Virus record (IMG/VR): IMGVR_UViG_3300017766_005678
Span: 1 to 29,103 of that record
Source of the DNA: a virus
Taxonomy: Duplodnaviria > Caudoviricetes
Length of the DNA: 29,103 bases
Reading direction: 5' to 3' (one strand)
Both the position numbers and the translations under genes were made by a program. Each line of letters opens with the position of its first letter. Position 1 is the stretch's first letter. Under the pieces are notes generated by a model that was given only the letters and a program-made list of their open reading frames with translations, was not told where the DNA came from and did not search any database. This document shows positions 1 through 9,033 of the stretch, one piece after another.

Positions 1-2
1 AG

Positions 3-743
3 CGGATCTACTTCGAGACCTACTCAACCAGCGCAGATCAAGTCACTCTTGAGACGCAAGACAACGGTCAACTTGTCCCCTTTGTCTCTCCCAGCTACAC
101 TGTCACAAGCACAGGAATCTACACGCCTGCAGGAGATCCGATTCTTGACGGCAATATCTTCTCGTCTATCGGGCCTGGGATTGCAGGAACATCGGGAGAC
201 AATTTTGCCAGCCTCAAAGTCCTCATAACTGATGATCCTGATGACAGGAGAAAGACAGAGTTCAAGGTTGATGGGAAAAGCTTCCTCTTCTACCCCACCA
301 TGCCTGACTTTCGAATCAGCCCAGATCGACACATTGATGAGATCGAGTCACTTCTTTTTGATAAGCGTCTGACCAGACAGCCGAACTTCAAGTTTCTTCC
401 GCCCATCAATGAGAACGGATCTAGACTGGGCTACTACAGCGATGTGAGACAGAGGTTTGAGGAGAACGAGGAGACTCCAATATCAAACCTGCTGAGCGGC
501 GCGAGCGGAACGCGCTATCAGGTCTTCACAAGCATCTTTAGACAAACCTCTCCTCGCAATGCTATCAATCTTCAGATTTTTGAGACGACAAAGAAGACAG
601 GAATCCGCAAGCTTGATCTAATTGACTTTGGAACAGTCAAGTTTCGCGGCAAGGATGCTCACATCGCGTTCGCGGGGAGAGTCATTCGAAACTCCTTTGA
701 GTTTCCCGTTTTTGTCAACATGCTCACACTGGTTCTCGTATGA
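3..743 (+). CDS. Hypothetical protein, 5'-truncated (probable virion protein)
   Basis: Frame 3 is open from base 3 (RIYFETYSTSADQV...) through the ORF-track Met at 300 to TGA at 741-743, so the true start lies upstream of the window. Overlaps the next gene by ATGA. Function inferred from context only. Confidence 0.8.
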   Translation, partial: RIYFETYSTSADQVTLETQDNGQLVPFVSPSYTVTSTGIYTPAGDPILDGNIFSSIGPGIAGTSGDNFASLKVLITDDPDDRRKTEFKVDGKSFLFYPTMPDFRISPDRHIDEIESLLFDKRLTRQPNFKFLPPINENGSRLGYYSDVRQRFEENEETPISNLLSGASGTRYQVFTSIFRQTSPRNAINLQIFETTKKTGIRKLDLIDFGTVKFRGKDAHIAFAGRVIRNSFEFPVFVNMLTLVLV

Positions 744-3010
744 TTGCAATCAATAAGAGCACAGAAAAGATTTTTGCTATATCGGCGCAGGGTGTTGATC
801 TTCGATCCAAGCGCGGGAGACTTGATGTAGTTTTCCCTCTCAATGTTGATCTTGCTGCGTGCCTTAAGGCAGGAGTTGTTACTCTCCTTTGCGAGATCAT
901 TCAGACTACGCAGCCTGCTCTGACCACTACACGATCAGTCGAGGATTTCAACAAGAGCGTTAGACAGCGCGCCGCAGATCAGGCTGATCCAGCGCAGCAG
1001 GACGCCGTTCTCTTCTCGTATGAGATAGACATTACAAAGCTTATATCAAATAAGTTTGTAAATGCTGTTTCTCCTCAAGACACCATAGAGTCAATACGCA
1101 AGAAGTTTCCAACTTCAACGCGTGTCACCGTTGACAGAGCTGAGAAAGTCAAGATTCGCTCGCTTGGAGTGAATCCCCAGAGCGACCTAGCTGTAGTTCG
1201 CCAGAAAAGAACTGATCCTGGCGCAATTAGAGTTGGCTCACTTCCTCTAGACACGGTTGCCGCTCTCTCGTCTTCCCAGATCAAAATTGGCAGCCTTGAG
1301 ATTTCTGCAAGAACACCCGCAGATGGAGAGCAAACAAAGCTTGCTTTATCTCCCACTGATAATCGCACTATTCTTGTCAGTCTCAAGACGAGCTTGACGA
1401 GCAACCAAATCTCTTCTAGCTCAATTAGAGTGACAGCCAGGTCTAGATCGGGTGAGATGCAGGTTGAGGTTATTAGACCCAACTTTTCCTCTCTTTACAC
1501 GCTATCAGAGATCCTGACGATTCCGCCCAGCGTTGTGGGAAGCTTTACGGCATCGGGAAGCGCTATTGTCAGAGTTACGCAGCGAGATCCCAGGGCTGAT
1601 AGCGTTATTGTCTGCCATAGAGAAATCAAAGATCTTTCCTACGCTGCTAAAGGAATCCAGTCTATTGAGACAGCTTTGCCCTGCAGGCTAGGACAGACAA
1701 TTTCGGTCCCAATCCCTGTTTCGGCAAGCGCTATTGTGAGGGCGCATCCCGCATCGGGCAGTGCTGTCTCTCCTGTATTTGGAAGCTGCATTGTGAGAAA
1801 GTCAAATGCAGGAAGAGAAAAAGATCACCAGAGCGTTGCGTCGCTTATAGCAATCCCAGGTGAAAAGGGCGTAACAATCAACGCAATCATAAGAGACACA
1901 AGCGTGTCTGCTGGCATTCTGAAAAGACGCGACCTGCGATCAAACCAGGTGACATATGTCACGCCGTCGCCTGTTCCTGCTGCTTCTCTATCAGAGTTTG
2001 TAGATGCTCAGGTTGCAGATCTTTCAAATAACGAGTATTCAATTGATCTAATCACCGACAAGGGAGACGTCGCTGTCTCAGCTGCTAAGGCAAGAATAAA
2101 GTTTATTAGACCGAGAGGTCTAGTTTCTGCAAGCATCGCGCTGACGCCCGTGATCGAAGGCAATCAGGTAGTTAAGATTTCAATTAGCTCAAGTGTAAAG
2201 TCAAATGATGTAAACTTTTTGATCAACTACATCAAGTCAAGCGGGCTCGATCTTCCTTTCCAGGCAGATCTAGAGACGCTTAGAAAGAGCCTTCTCAACT
2301 GCGTCAAGTTCGATGTGCTTAGAGTTGATCTCAGAACGGGCGATGTTAAGCTTGTGGGCCAGACAGACGCAGAGATTGTTGACGACATAGAGGATGTGAA
2401 GGTCGTCTCAAGCTTCTTGTACATTTGTGAGGCATTTGTGCGATCTCCCTCACAGTTGACGGACGTGATATCAGACCGTGCAAATCAATCCTCGAGCGTA
2501 AATCCCGACATCACGCGTCTGGGCCTGCATATTTCCAAGCTCAATGTGGACTCTGTTGCCTCGCGGACAATCTCTACAGCAAGAAGGAATTTCTCACGCT
2601 CCAACTTTGAAACAGGCACAATGCCATCTTCACCCAGCAGAGATAGCTTTAGAGATGGCGCAACGGGAGACGTTTTTTCCGCAAAGGTTGCAGTTAGACC
2701 AAAACTTCCCACTGTCTCAAACGTGTCTGTCAATTTTCACGACAGCAACCCAGTTGTGACGTGGAGCGTCGTCGGCGATCCTAGGATGGTGGATAGGTTT
2801 GTTGTGAGAGCAACATCGAGTGGTGCAACATGGACAGCGGCTGTTGCAAGTTTTCCAGGAGCCATCCAGAATTTTGCAATTCAGGACACAAATTCATACT
2901 CTCGTCCAAGGTACATGACTTACGAAGTTTTTCCCGTCTATCTTGACAGTACGCAGGGTGAGACATCAACTTCGGATGAGATTTTGATCGAAAGCGCAAG
3001 GGAGATCTGA
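740..3010 (+). CDS. Large hypothetical protein (756 aa) with probable FN3/Ig-like beta-sandwich domains; putative tail/baseplate protein
   Basis: Long ORF coupled to both neighbours (ATGA, TGATG). Val/Ser-rich beta-strand pattern; the C-terminal segment PTVSNVSV...VVTWSV...FVVRA...IQDTN...YEVFPV resembles FN3. Confidence 0.7.
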   Translation: MIAINKSTEKIFAISAQGVDLRSKRGRLDVVFPLNVDLAACLKAGVVTLLCEIIQTTQPALTTTRSVEDFNKSVRQRAADQADPAQQDAVLFSYEIDITKLISNKFVNAVSPQDTIESIRKKFPTSTRVTVDRAEKVKIRSLGVNPQSDLAVVRQKRTDPGAIRVGSLPLDTVAALSSSQIKIGSLEISARTPADGEQTKLALSPTDNRTILVSLKTSLTSNQISSSSIRVTARSRSGEMQVEVIRPNFSSLYTLSEILTIPPSVVGSFTASGSAIVRVTQRDPRADSVIVCHREIKDLSYAAKGIQSIETALPCRLGQTISVPIPVSASAIVRAHPASGSAVSPVFGSCIVRKSNAGREKDHQSVASLIAIPGEKGVTINAIIRDTSVSAGILKRRDLRSNQVTYVTPSPVPAASLSEFVDAQVADLSNNEYSIDLITDKGDVAVSAAKARIKFIRPRGLVSASIALTPVIEGNQVVKISISSSVKSNDVNFLINYIKSSGLDLPFQADLETLRKSLLNCVKFDVLRVDLRTGDVKLVGQTDAEIVDDIEDVKVVSSFLYICEAFVRSPSQLTDVISDRANQSSSVNPDITRLGLHISKLNVDSVASRTISTARRNFSRSNFETGTMPSSPSRDSFRDGATGDVFSAKVAVRPKLPTVSNVSVNFHDSNPVVTWSVVGDPRMVDRFVVRATSSGATWTAAVASFPGAIQNFAIQDTNSYSRPRYMTYEVFPVYLDSTQGETSTSDEILIESAREI

Positions 3011-6000
3011 TGCCAAGGAAGGCAACAACCTTTTCGTCTAGAGTGAGCCAGCAGTCTGCTGCTGCTCCTAGTCAGTCTTCTTCGACGGCAAGCCAGACTA
3101 CAACTGCCAGTTCCGTCACCACGTCTAGGCAGACTTCTTCAGCGGCAAGCCAGACTACAACCTCCAGCGCTGTTACTGTCCCGAGCACTAGAGCGGCAAG
3201 CTCTGCATCAGTTGACACTCCTGCTGCAGTTGGATCTAGATCTGAGACTAGCACACCTAGCACTTCTGCGGCTGCGCAGTCGCCTGCAGTTCAGGCAGTC
3301 AGGAGCGAGATGACCTCTGGTACTCCTGCATCGCCGTCTGCGCTGAGCGCGGCAGCTCGAGAGGTTTCCTCGACGTCAAGGGCTGTTGCTAGAACCATAG
3401 CGTCCGACACACAAGTAACATCTGCGCCTGTCTCGACAGTCCCGAGCGCAGGAATCAGCTTGAGCATCTCTAGAGAGGAAAATACTGTAGCGGCAGCTAC
3501 TGCTGCTTCTGCTGCCATTTCTTCTGCCGTCTCGAGCGCTCCCGCCTCAGTCAGACAGACAGTGTCAAGCGCAGTTTCTTCTGCTTCGACTTCTTCGGGA
3601 AGAACAGCAGGATCAGCTGAGACGAGGAGAAGAACTGCATCAGGTAGTCGAGCAGGCGTAAGACATGTAAGCACATGGTCCTCAGTTGAGGCATCAAGAG
3701 AGAGCACATCAGCTGTAAACGTCAATGCGGAGGATTTTGTCTACGCCTACGGGATGTATCTCTTGCGTCCCGAGATCATTACGATGTACGACAGCGATCC
3801 ACTTTATGCACAGAGTAACGCATACACGTCTGCAGGCGAGTTTATCGACTTGCAAGTCGCAACATCAAAGAGTCTACAAGAGGGTGCATACAAGAAAACG
3901 AGAAAGCTGCTCAGCAACATGACCTATCTCCCTTCTCTCGGGTTCAGTGAGATGGATCTTCAGCCTCTCGAACCTGTGACTGACATAGAGAGAAGCTCTA
4001 CCAGCCTTTTTGAGCAGGCCGTCTCAAAGTGGGATCAAGACACCAACCGTGTTGCAGAGTTTGAGATTGATTGTGCTGATAGAGCGCTCTCAGCGCAGAA
4101 CACATCCTCTGCGCTAGACATTGCAAACATGCTGATAGGTGAATCTTCGGTCGAGATAGAGACGAGAATTTTTCAGACTCTCTCGTCTATCTGCAGCAGG
4201 GCAGTTCAGCAAGTAACTGAGAATCCAACTGCTGACACCTACACAAACGCAACTGGACGAGAAGTTGAGATTCACAGCTACCTGCGGGACACACGAAACG
4301 GAGCCAGCTTCATAGAGAGTCTAATTGGGTCTGCTCCTCCTCCAACTTACGGTGCAGGAACGGTCTCAATCTCCTCTCCAATGAGGGTTCGCTTTCGATC
4401 CTATTCTCTCATGCACTCTCTCTTGCAGCAAAGCTTCATGTCTTTTGCGTTCGGAGATCTTAGAGATCAAAGTGCAAGCGGTGCAGTTGACAGAATCAGG
4501 GCAGATGATCCTAAAAAAGCGTACGCGTTTAGGGTCTCTGATACGGCGCTTGGAAAGATTGCAAGCAAGAGAATGTTTGCGACCCCTGACAGGTTTGTTA
4601 CAGACATGGCAGAGGCTACGACTAGCTACTCACCTGAGGTTGTTGCTAAGTGTCTTCTGCAGAAGATAGTGAGCCTAGCTGCCTACCGCAGCTCAGCGCT
4701 CTACTCTCAGGAAAGCACTGCACTTGATGTCATTAGAGAAAATATTGGAGTGCCTGTAGGGGTGATAGGCGCTGATCAAGGCACAGGAGATCCAATATCT
4801 GATGCAGAGTTGGCTCCTGCTAGCGCTGCTATTTCACGACTTCTGCAGGTTCCTGCAAATGATGGTACAGGAAAAAAATTGATATTTTTTGACCGGAGTC
4901 ACAATCCAGGTCTGCCAGACGGGTACATCCAGGGATACACGAGACTGTTTGGCAATACGACGCTCACTGAGGCTTCTACAAGTGACCTCCTTGATCGCAT
5001 GACTTCGGCAGCTGAAAAGTGCAATACGGTCAGCAGCAGGCTTTTCTCGCACAGTGCAAACATCGGGACAAGCTCAATAAAGGTCGCAGATTTTTCTTCA
5101 TATATTCTCAAGTCTTATGCGAGACTTCTCAGGTGTCAAGGAGAGATTCCAAACACGCACACGCTTTCAGACTACGAGGCATCTGGCCTCAGAACAGAGT
5201 ACGACAACTTTTTGAGAATTGCAGGAACTGCAAGGACGCTCAGCACGCTTCAAGTAGACAACGATGTCGACGAAGACAATTCCATAGACGCAGAAAATAA
5301 GCGCTATGTTCCTATCAATTCAAATCAAGAGATACTGATCCTGTTGTCGGGAGTTGTTTCCACGACAGGAGACTTCTCTGAGTGGCTCACTAGTGCACCG
5401 AACAAGCTAATGACAACATGGGATCAAGCATTTGACTACGCCATAGGCGCAAGAGAGACTGACCCTAGTGCATCAATCTATGACAACTTTTATGCTACTT
5501 CTAGCAGCGATGACGTCACTTACAGAATAAAGCGAAGCTTTGGAACGGGCACACAGATTAAGTATCTAGTTAAGTATAGTAATAATTATGCCATACCTGA
5601 GATGACGCGCCTCGCTGAGTGGGCAATAAGGCTGGCTCGTTCGCTTTTCTTCTCAGAAGAGGGTTTTAGGACAAACCCAGAAAGCGCTGAGATAATGGCT
5701 GTCTTTCCTAACGGAGACGGAACAGTCACGTACACACTCAAAGAGATCTGTCTCCTGCTTGTTGCGTTTGCAGCCTGTCACACTAGAACAATTCTCGAAC
5801 CGCCTGGGATTCGCGCTTACTTTGTGAATTCTGCCGACGAGGGACTTGCAAGAGCGACATTCAAGTCGACAGGCGCTGCAACGCTCAATGATCTCTTTTC
5901 ACACGTTCCTGTGAGCTTTGACTGCGCTCGTCTCTGTCTGAGCGTTGTTAGCAGCCAGATTTCGACAGCGCTGCCAGGTCTTCGCAGGCTTACAACAACG

Positions 6001-7047
6001 TCAGACTCGGCTGCAGACCTTCTCGTAGGAGGAAAGTTCAGCCCAGTATACACGCCGTGTCAGACCGGAGCTGCTTCAATTAGAAGAGCGGAGTATCTCT
6101 CGCGCCCTAGAAAGTCACCTTTCCATAGCAGAAAGTATGATGCGCTGTCTGTCGCTAGAGTGTACGAGAACAACGCAATTCGAGCTCTTTACAAGTGTGA
6201 GCTAATGCGTCACGAAGACACGCGCATCATTTTTGTAGGACTGCCAGCGGGCTTGCAACACGTTCTAGGCAGTGATCAGCGGTTCGCCAAGATCAGCATT
6301 ACACTTCGTGATCAAGTCAATCCAAGCGTGCGATATGAGCCTATAACATTTATTTTTGACATGTACATGTTTGTGTCTGCAGATGCGTGCGCTGCGCTCA
6401 ACGTTGCACCCTGGACCGTCACAGGCGCAGGAAATCTTCAAGAGGCGCTCTCATCAGCCACCGCCTTCAAGGTTGCGCTCACAGGAACAAAGTCTTTTGG
6501 AAATCTCTCTAGGGTGTCTTCTAGAGTGATTGACATTCCAAATGTTGTGTCACCTGGGCTTGTAGGCACATCTGTTGATGACAAGCGCGTAAGAGTTAGC
6601 GACTTCATAGCTGATGTCGACTTTCTAGACATTACTGCGGCCAGATCAGAGCTGGCATTGTCTTCTGTCATTTCAACCGCGAACAGCCCGCGCTTGATTG
6701 GCAATCACCTTGTTGATGCGCTTCTCAAGACGCATGTCAGGAACATGTCCGGCCTAGACTTGTCAGAGTCAACTTTCACGACTTCTGACATTGGCTTTAA
6801 GGCAGGAGACCCATCTCTCCTTGACGAGGCCAGGTCCTACATCTTCAACGCTTGCATGATAAGCGCAATTAGGACGACACAGTCGACTGACTCATCAGCT
6901 TTTTCTACAGATCTTAAAATGCTCGATGTCCTTAGCGCAACGCCGCTTATCAGATCCAACGGCTACGCAGATCTGTGCTTTAAGCCGACATACTTCGATC
7001 GGGTATTTGCTCTGCCGATCAACGCAAGAATGTTTAGGCGCGTCTAG
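3010..7047 (+). CDS. Very large hypothetical protein (1345 aa) with a Ser/Thr/Ala-rich low-complexity N-terminus; putative virion protein
   Basis: 4-kb ORF with a TGATG overlap at the start. About the first 235 aa are S/T/A-rich. No recognisable catalytic motif. Confidence 0.75.
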   Translation: MPRKATTFSSRVSQQSAAAPSQSSSTASQTTTASSVTTSRQTSSAASQTTTSSAVTVPSTRAASSASVDTPAAVGSRSETSTPSTSAAAQSPAVQAVRSEMTSGTPASPSALSAAAREVSSTSRAVARTIASDTQVTSAPVSTVPSAGISLSISREENTVAAATAASAAISSAVSSAPASVRQTVSSAVSSASTSSGRTAGSAETRRRTASGSRAGVRHVSTWSSVEASRESTSAVNVNAEDFVYAYGMYLLRPEIITMYDSDPLYAQSNAYTSAGEFIDLQVATSKSLQEGAYKKTRKLLSNMTYLPSLGFSEMDLQPLEPVTDIERSSTSLFEQAVSKWDQDTNRVAEFEIDCADRALSAQNTSSALDIANMLIGESSVEIETRIFQTLSSICSRAVQQVTENPTADTYTNATGREVEIHSYLRDTRNGASFIESLIGSAPPPTYGAGTVSISSPMRVRFRSYSLMHSLLQQSFMSFAFGDLRDQSASGAVDRIRADDPKKAYAFRVSDTALGKIASKRMFATPDRFVTDMAEATTSYSPEVVAKCLLQKIVSLAAYRSSALYSQESTALDVIRENIGVPVGVIGADQGTGDPISDAELAPASAAISRLLQVPANDGTGKKLIFFDRSHNPGLPDGYIQGYTRLFGNTTLTEASTSDLLDRMTSAAEKCNTVSSRLFSHSANIGTSSIKVADFSSYILKSYARLLRCQGEIPNTHTLSDYEASGLRTEYDNFLRIAGTARTLSTLQVDNDVDEDNSIDAENKRYVPINSNQEILILLSGVVSTTGDFSEWLTSAPNKLMTTWDQAFDYAIGARETDPSASIYDNFYATSSSDDVTYRIKRSFGTGTQIKYLVKYSNNYAIPEMTRLAEWAIRLARSLFFSEEGFRTNPESAEIMAVFPNGDGTVTYTLKEICLLLVAFAACHTRTILEPPGIRAYFVNSADEGLARATFKSTGAATLNDLFSHVPVSFDCARLCLSVVSSQISTALPGLRRLTTTSDSAADLLVGGKFSPVYTPCQTGAASIRRAEYLSRPRKSPFHSRKYDALSVARVYENNAIRALYKCELMRHEDTRIIFVGLPAGLQHVLGSDQRFAKISITLRDQVNPSVRYEPITFIFDMYMFVSADACAALNVAPWTVTGAGNLQEALSSATAFKVALTGTKSFGNLSRVSSRVIDIPNVVSPGLVGTSVDDKRVRVSDFIADVDFLDITAARSELALSSVISTANSPRLIGNHLVDALLKTHVRNMSGLDLSESTFTTSDIGFKAGDPSLLDEARSYIFNACMISAIRTTQSTDSSAFSTDLKMLDVLSATPLIRSNGYADLCFKPTYFDRVFALPINARMFRRV
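3073..3186 (+). repeat. Imperfect 57-nt (19-aa) tandem duplication inside the low-complexity N-terminus
   Basis: The exact 19-mer CGGCAAGCCAGACTACAAC occurs at 3086-3104 and 3143-3161. Protein units: QSSSTASQTTTASSVTTSR / QTSSAASQTTTSSAVTVPS. Confidence 0.85.
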
Positions 7048-8273
7048 AAGTCGATTCGCAGCCTGAGATTCACTGCCTTCTCTGCGTTCTTCTCTATCGG
7101 TCTGCTCAGCTTGCCAACAGCCAGGAGGTTGTTGTTTGCGTCGTACAGACCAACACCCGTGATCATTGTGAACGGCTTGGCAGTCTCATCTGTCAGAGAC
7201 ATAATGATCTGACCGTTCTCATCAGTGAACGTTGGGTTTGAGCTCAGGTTGAATGACTGAGCATCGGCATTGACGTTGATGATCGTTGAGTTGATCGCTG
7301 TTGTGTTTTGGAACGTGATCGCCGACGTTGTCTGAGAGTTTCCAAAGCGCGTTGTTGCAATGTGATCAACAATGTTGTTGATTGATCCTGAGACAAAGAG
7401 ATCGGGGATGAACTTTGCGTTGGCGTTCCCAGATCCTGCGTCTCCAATGATTGTCTTTCCTGCAGCAGCGTTTTTAAATCCCGCTGAGGACATTGCATCA
7501 ATGACACCTGAGACGTGCTGCGATGCGCTGAGGACCTTCTTTGCGTCAAGAATCACGATTCCCGGATCGTAGAAGATTACACCCACTGTATTGTTCGTGT
7601 CTGCAGAGCTGACAAGGTTGCCAACAGCGCCAAACAAAGATCCCTCTCTCGAGGTTGAGGATCCGATGTCAATAATCGTCATCGATCCTGAGGTTGAGAG
7701 AACGCTGATGTTTCCGTAGTCACTGCCGTAAGTGCCGTCTGTCTTGTCAAGCGCGCCAGTCGTGTACATTCTCATGGCAAAAGTTTCGCGCTTGACGCCA
7801 TCTCTAGAGAACAGGCGCTTGAAGCCCATCACTATCATTTCATCAATCTTGTTTGTCGCCGATGTGCTGCCGAAAGGCGCAACAAATTGGCTGTCGGCGT
7901 CACCCAGGCAAAGCTGCGCGTACTGCCTGTAGATGTTTATCTTCTCACGCATCATGATTGATGTTGACGGGAAGAGAAGCTTTCCATAAGCATCGACGCC
8001 GTTCGAAGATGACTGAACTGTGGCGCTTCCTGAGAAGATGCCAACTGTCATGTCGAAGATGGGATTTGCAGTGATCAGAGTGTAGTCCTGATCGTGAACA
8101 GTCTCAAACAGGCTCGATGTGACGCCAGGCCCAATTCCACCTGTCACATAGACGGTGTACTTCTTGCGGTTCTCTGATCCGCTGATGTCAGATGATACAA
8201 CGTCGACAAGCTGTGTTAGCGTCGTCTGAGTTGCATTGATGTCCGAGGCGACTAGGTCCTTGAATGTAGACAT
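7044..8273 (-). CDS. Putative virion structural protein (409 aa) with a C-terminal motif resembling the C-half of the phage tail-fibre anchor (DUF3751-like) domain
   Basis: C-terminus FNLSSNPTF...ITGVGLYDANNNLLAVGKLSRPIEK...LRLRIDF, paralogous to the C-terminus of 11121-13460. Confidence 0.7.
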   Translation of the reverse strand: MSTFKDLVASDINATQTTLTQLVDVVSSDISGSENRKKYTVYVTGGIGPGVTSSLFETVHDQDYTLITANPIFDMTVGIFSGSATVQSSSNGVDAYGKLLFPSTSIMMREKINIYRQYAQLCLGDADSQFVAPFGSTSATNKIDEMIVMGFKRLFSRDGVKRETFAMRMYTTGALDKTDGTYGSDYGNISVLSTSGSMTIIDIGSSTSREGSLFGAVGNLVSSADTNNTVGVIFYDPGIVILDAKKVLSASQHVSGVIDAMSSAGFKNAAAGKTIIGDAGSGNANAKFIPDLFVSGSINNIVDHIATTRFGNSQTTSAITFQNTTAINSTIINVNADAQSFNLSSNPTFTDENGQIIMSLTDETAKPFTMITGVGLYDANNNLLAVGKLSRPIEKNAEKAVNLRLRIDF

Positions 8274-8283
8274 GGACTCTCTC

Positions 8284-8979
8284 TTAGTTCTGTGAGATGT
8301 TCACTTCAATGTCAAATGATGCGCCTGACTGCGCTCCCTTCACATTGATGAATGTTCTGATTAGGCTCTTGTTGTTCTTGGTCCCGTACACGTCGAACAC
8401 GGACGACGAGAGCGCGCGAGACGCAATAGTGAACTGACAAGTCGATCCGTTTGATGGGCTCACCCCGCCAGACTGCGAGATGAAGTAGGTGACTGAATCA
8501 CCGGTGCTCACTACGTCCGGAGTGCGGCCTGAGACAGTCAGGAATCTATTGTTTACCGTCACCTCGAAGATCTGATCAACAAGCTCAGGATCAACGCTTT
8601 CGCCTGATGCAACAGACTGCTGAAGCACTACAGACGACGTCCTGGACGTCAACAGGCTCAGCACGTTGTTTGATAGAGAGCTAACGAGGCTGAGACGCGG
8701 CACGAACGAGAGGCTTTGGTTAGAGGCGCTGACGATCTTGTACTTCTGAGCAAAAGATTCAGCCGTGATTGCCTCTAGAACAGGCGTGTTCTTCTCGATC
8801 TTTTCTTTGCCGACCTCGATGCCGTACTGCTTGATGACAGTGTAGTCGACTTCGTCGTCGCTCAGCGCGAACTTCACGATAGAGAAGGAGCCGTCGTTTC
8901 TTGAGAGAAACTCACGCCCCTTCTTGGTGAGAACACAGTCTATCGTGATGTTTGCAGTGTCGTGTGGAAGAGTACCCAT
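8284..8979 (-). CDS. Putative virion structural protein (231 aa)
   Basis: GGAGG-type SD upstream (8984-8989, minus strand). N-terminal motif VLTKKGREFLS...FSIVKFALSDDEVDY; beta-rich C-terminal half. Confidence 0.7.
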   Translation of the reverse strand: MGTLPHDTANITIDCVLTKKGREFLSRNDGSFSIVKFALSDDEVDYTVIKQYGIEVGKEKIEKNTPVLEAITAESFAQKYKIVSASNQSLSFVPRLSLVSSLSNNVLSLLTSRTSSVVLQQSVASGESVDPELVDQIFEVTVNNRFLTVSGRTPDVVSTGDSVTYFISQSGGVSPSNGSTCQFTIASRALSSSVFDVYGTKNNKSLIRTFINVKGAQSGASFDIEVNISQN

Positions 8980-8992
8980 TGCGCCCTCCAGC

Positions 8993-8999
8993 TAATTAT
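8993..8999 (-). promoter_or_regulatory. Putative late-promoter-like motif ATAATTA
   Basis: One of six NTA-NN-TA motifs just upstream of gene starts; 13 nt upstream of the ATG at 8979. Confidence 0.45.
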
Positions 9000-9033
9000 C
9001 AGCGGCTGGGATTGAACTTGAAATCCTGGAAGA

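Noticed and set aside
300-302. ORF-track start at 300 for the first gene
   Set aside because: The frame is open back to base 3, so this is probably an internal Met of a 5'-truncated gene.
5560-5604. AT-rich patch with ATAATTA 13 nt before an in-frame ATG (5602) inside the 1345-aa gene, as a possible internal promoter
   Set aside because: No SD; the patch is explained by the encoded KYLVKYSNNY, and such a short motif occurs by chance in coding DNA.
9009-9026. GGATT/AATCC inverted repeat between the 671- and 231-aa genes as a terminator
   Set aside because: Only a 5-bp weak stem with no U-tract.
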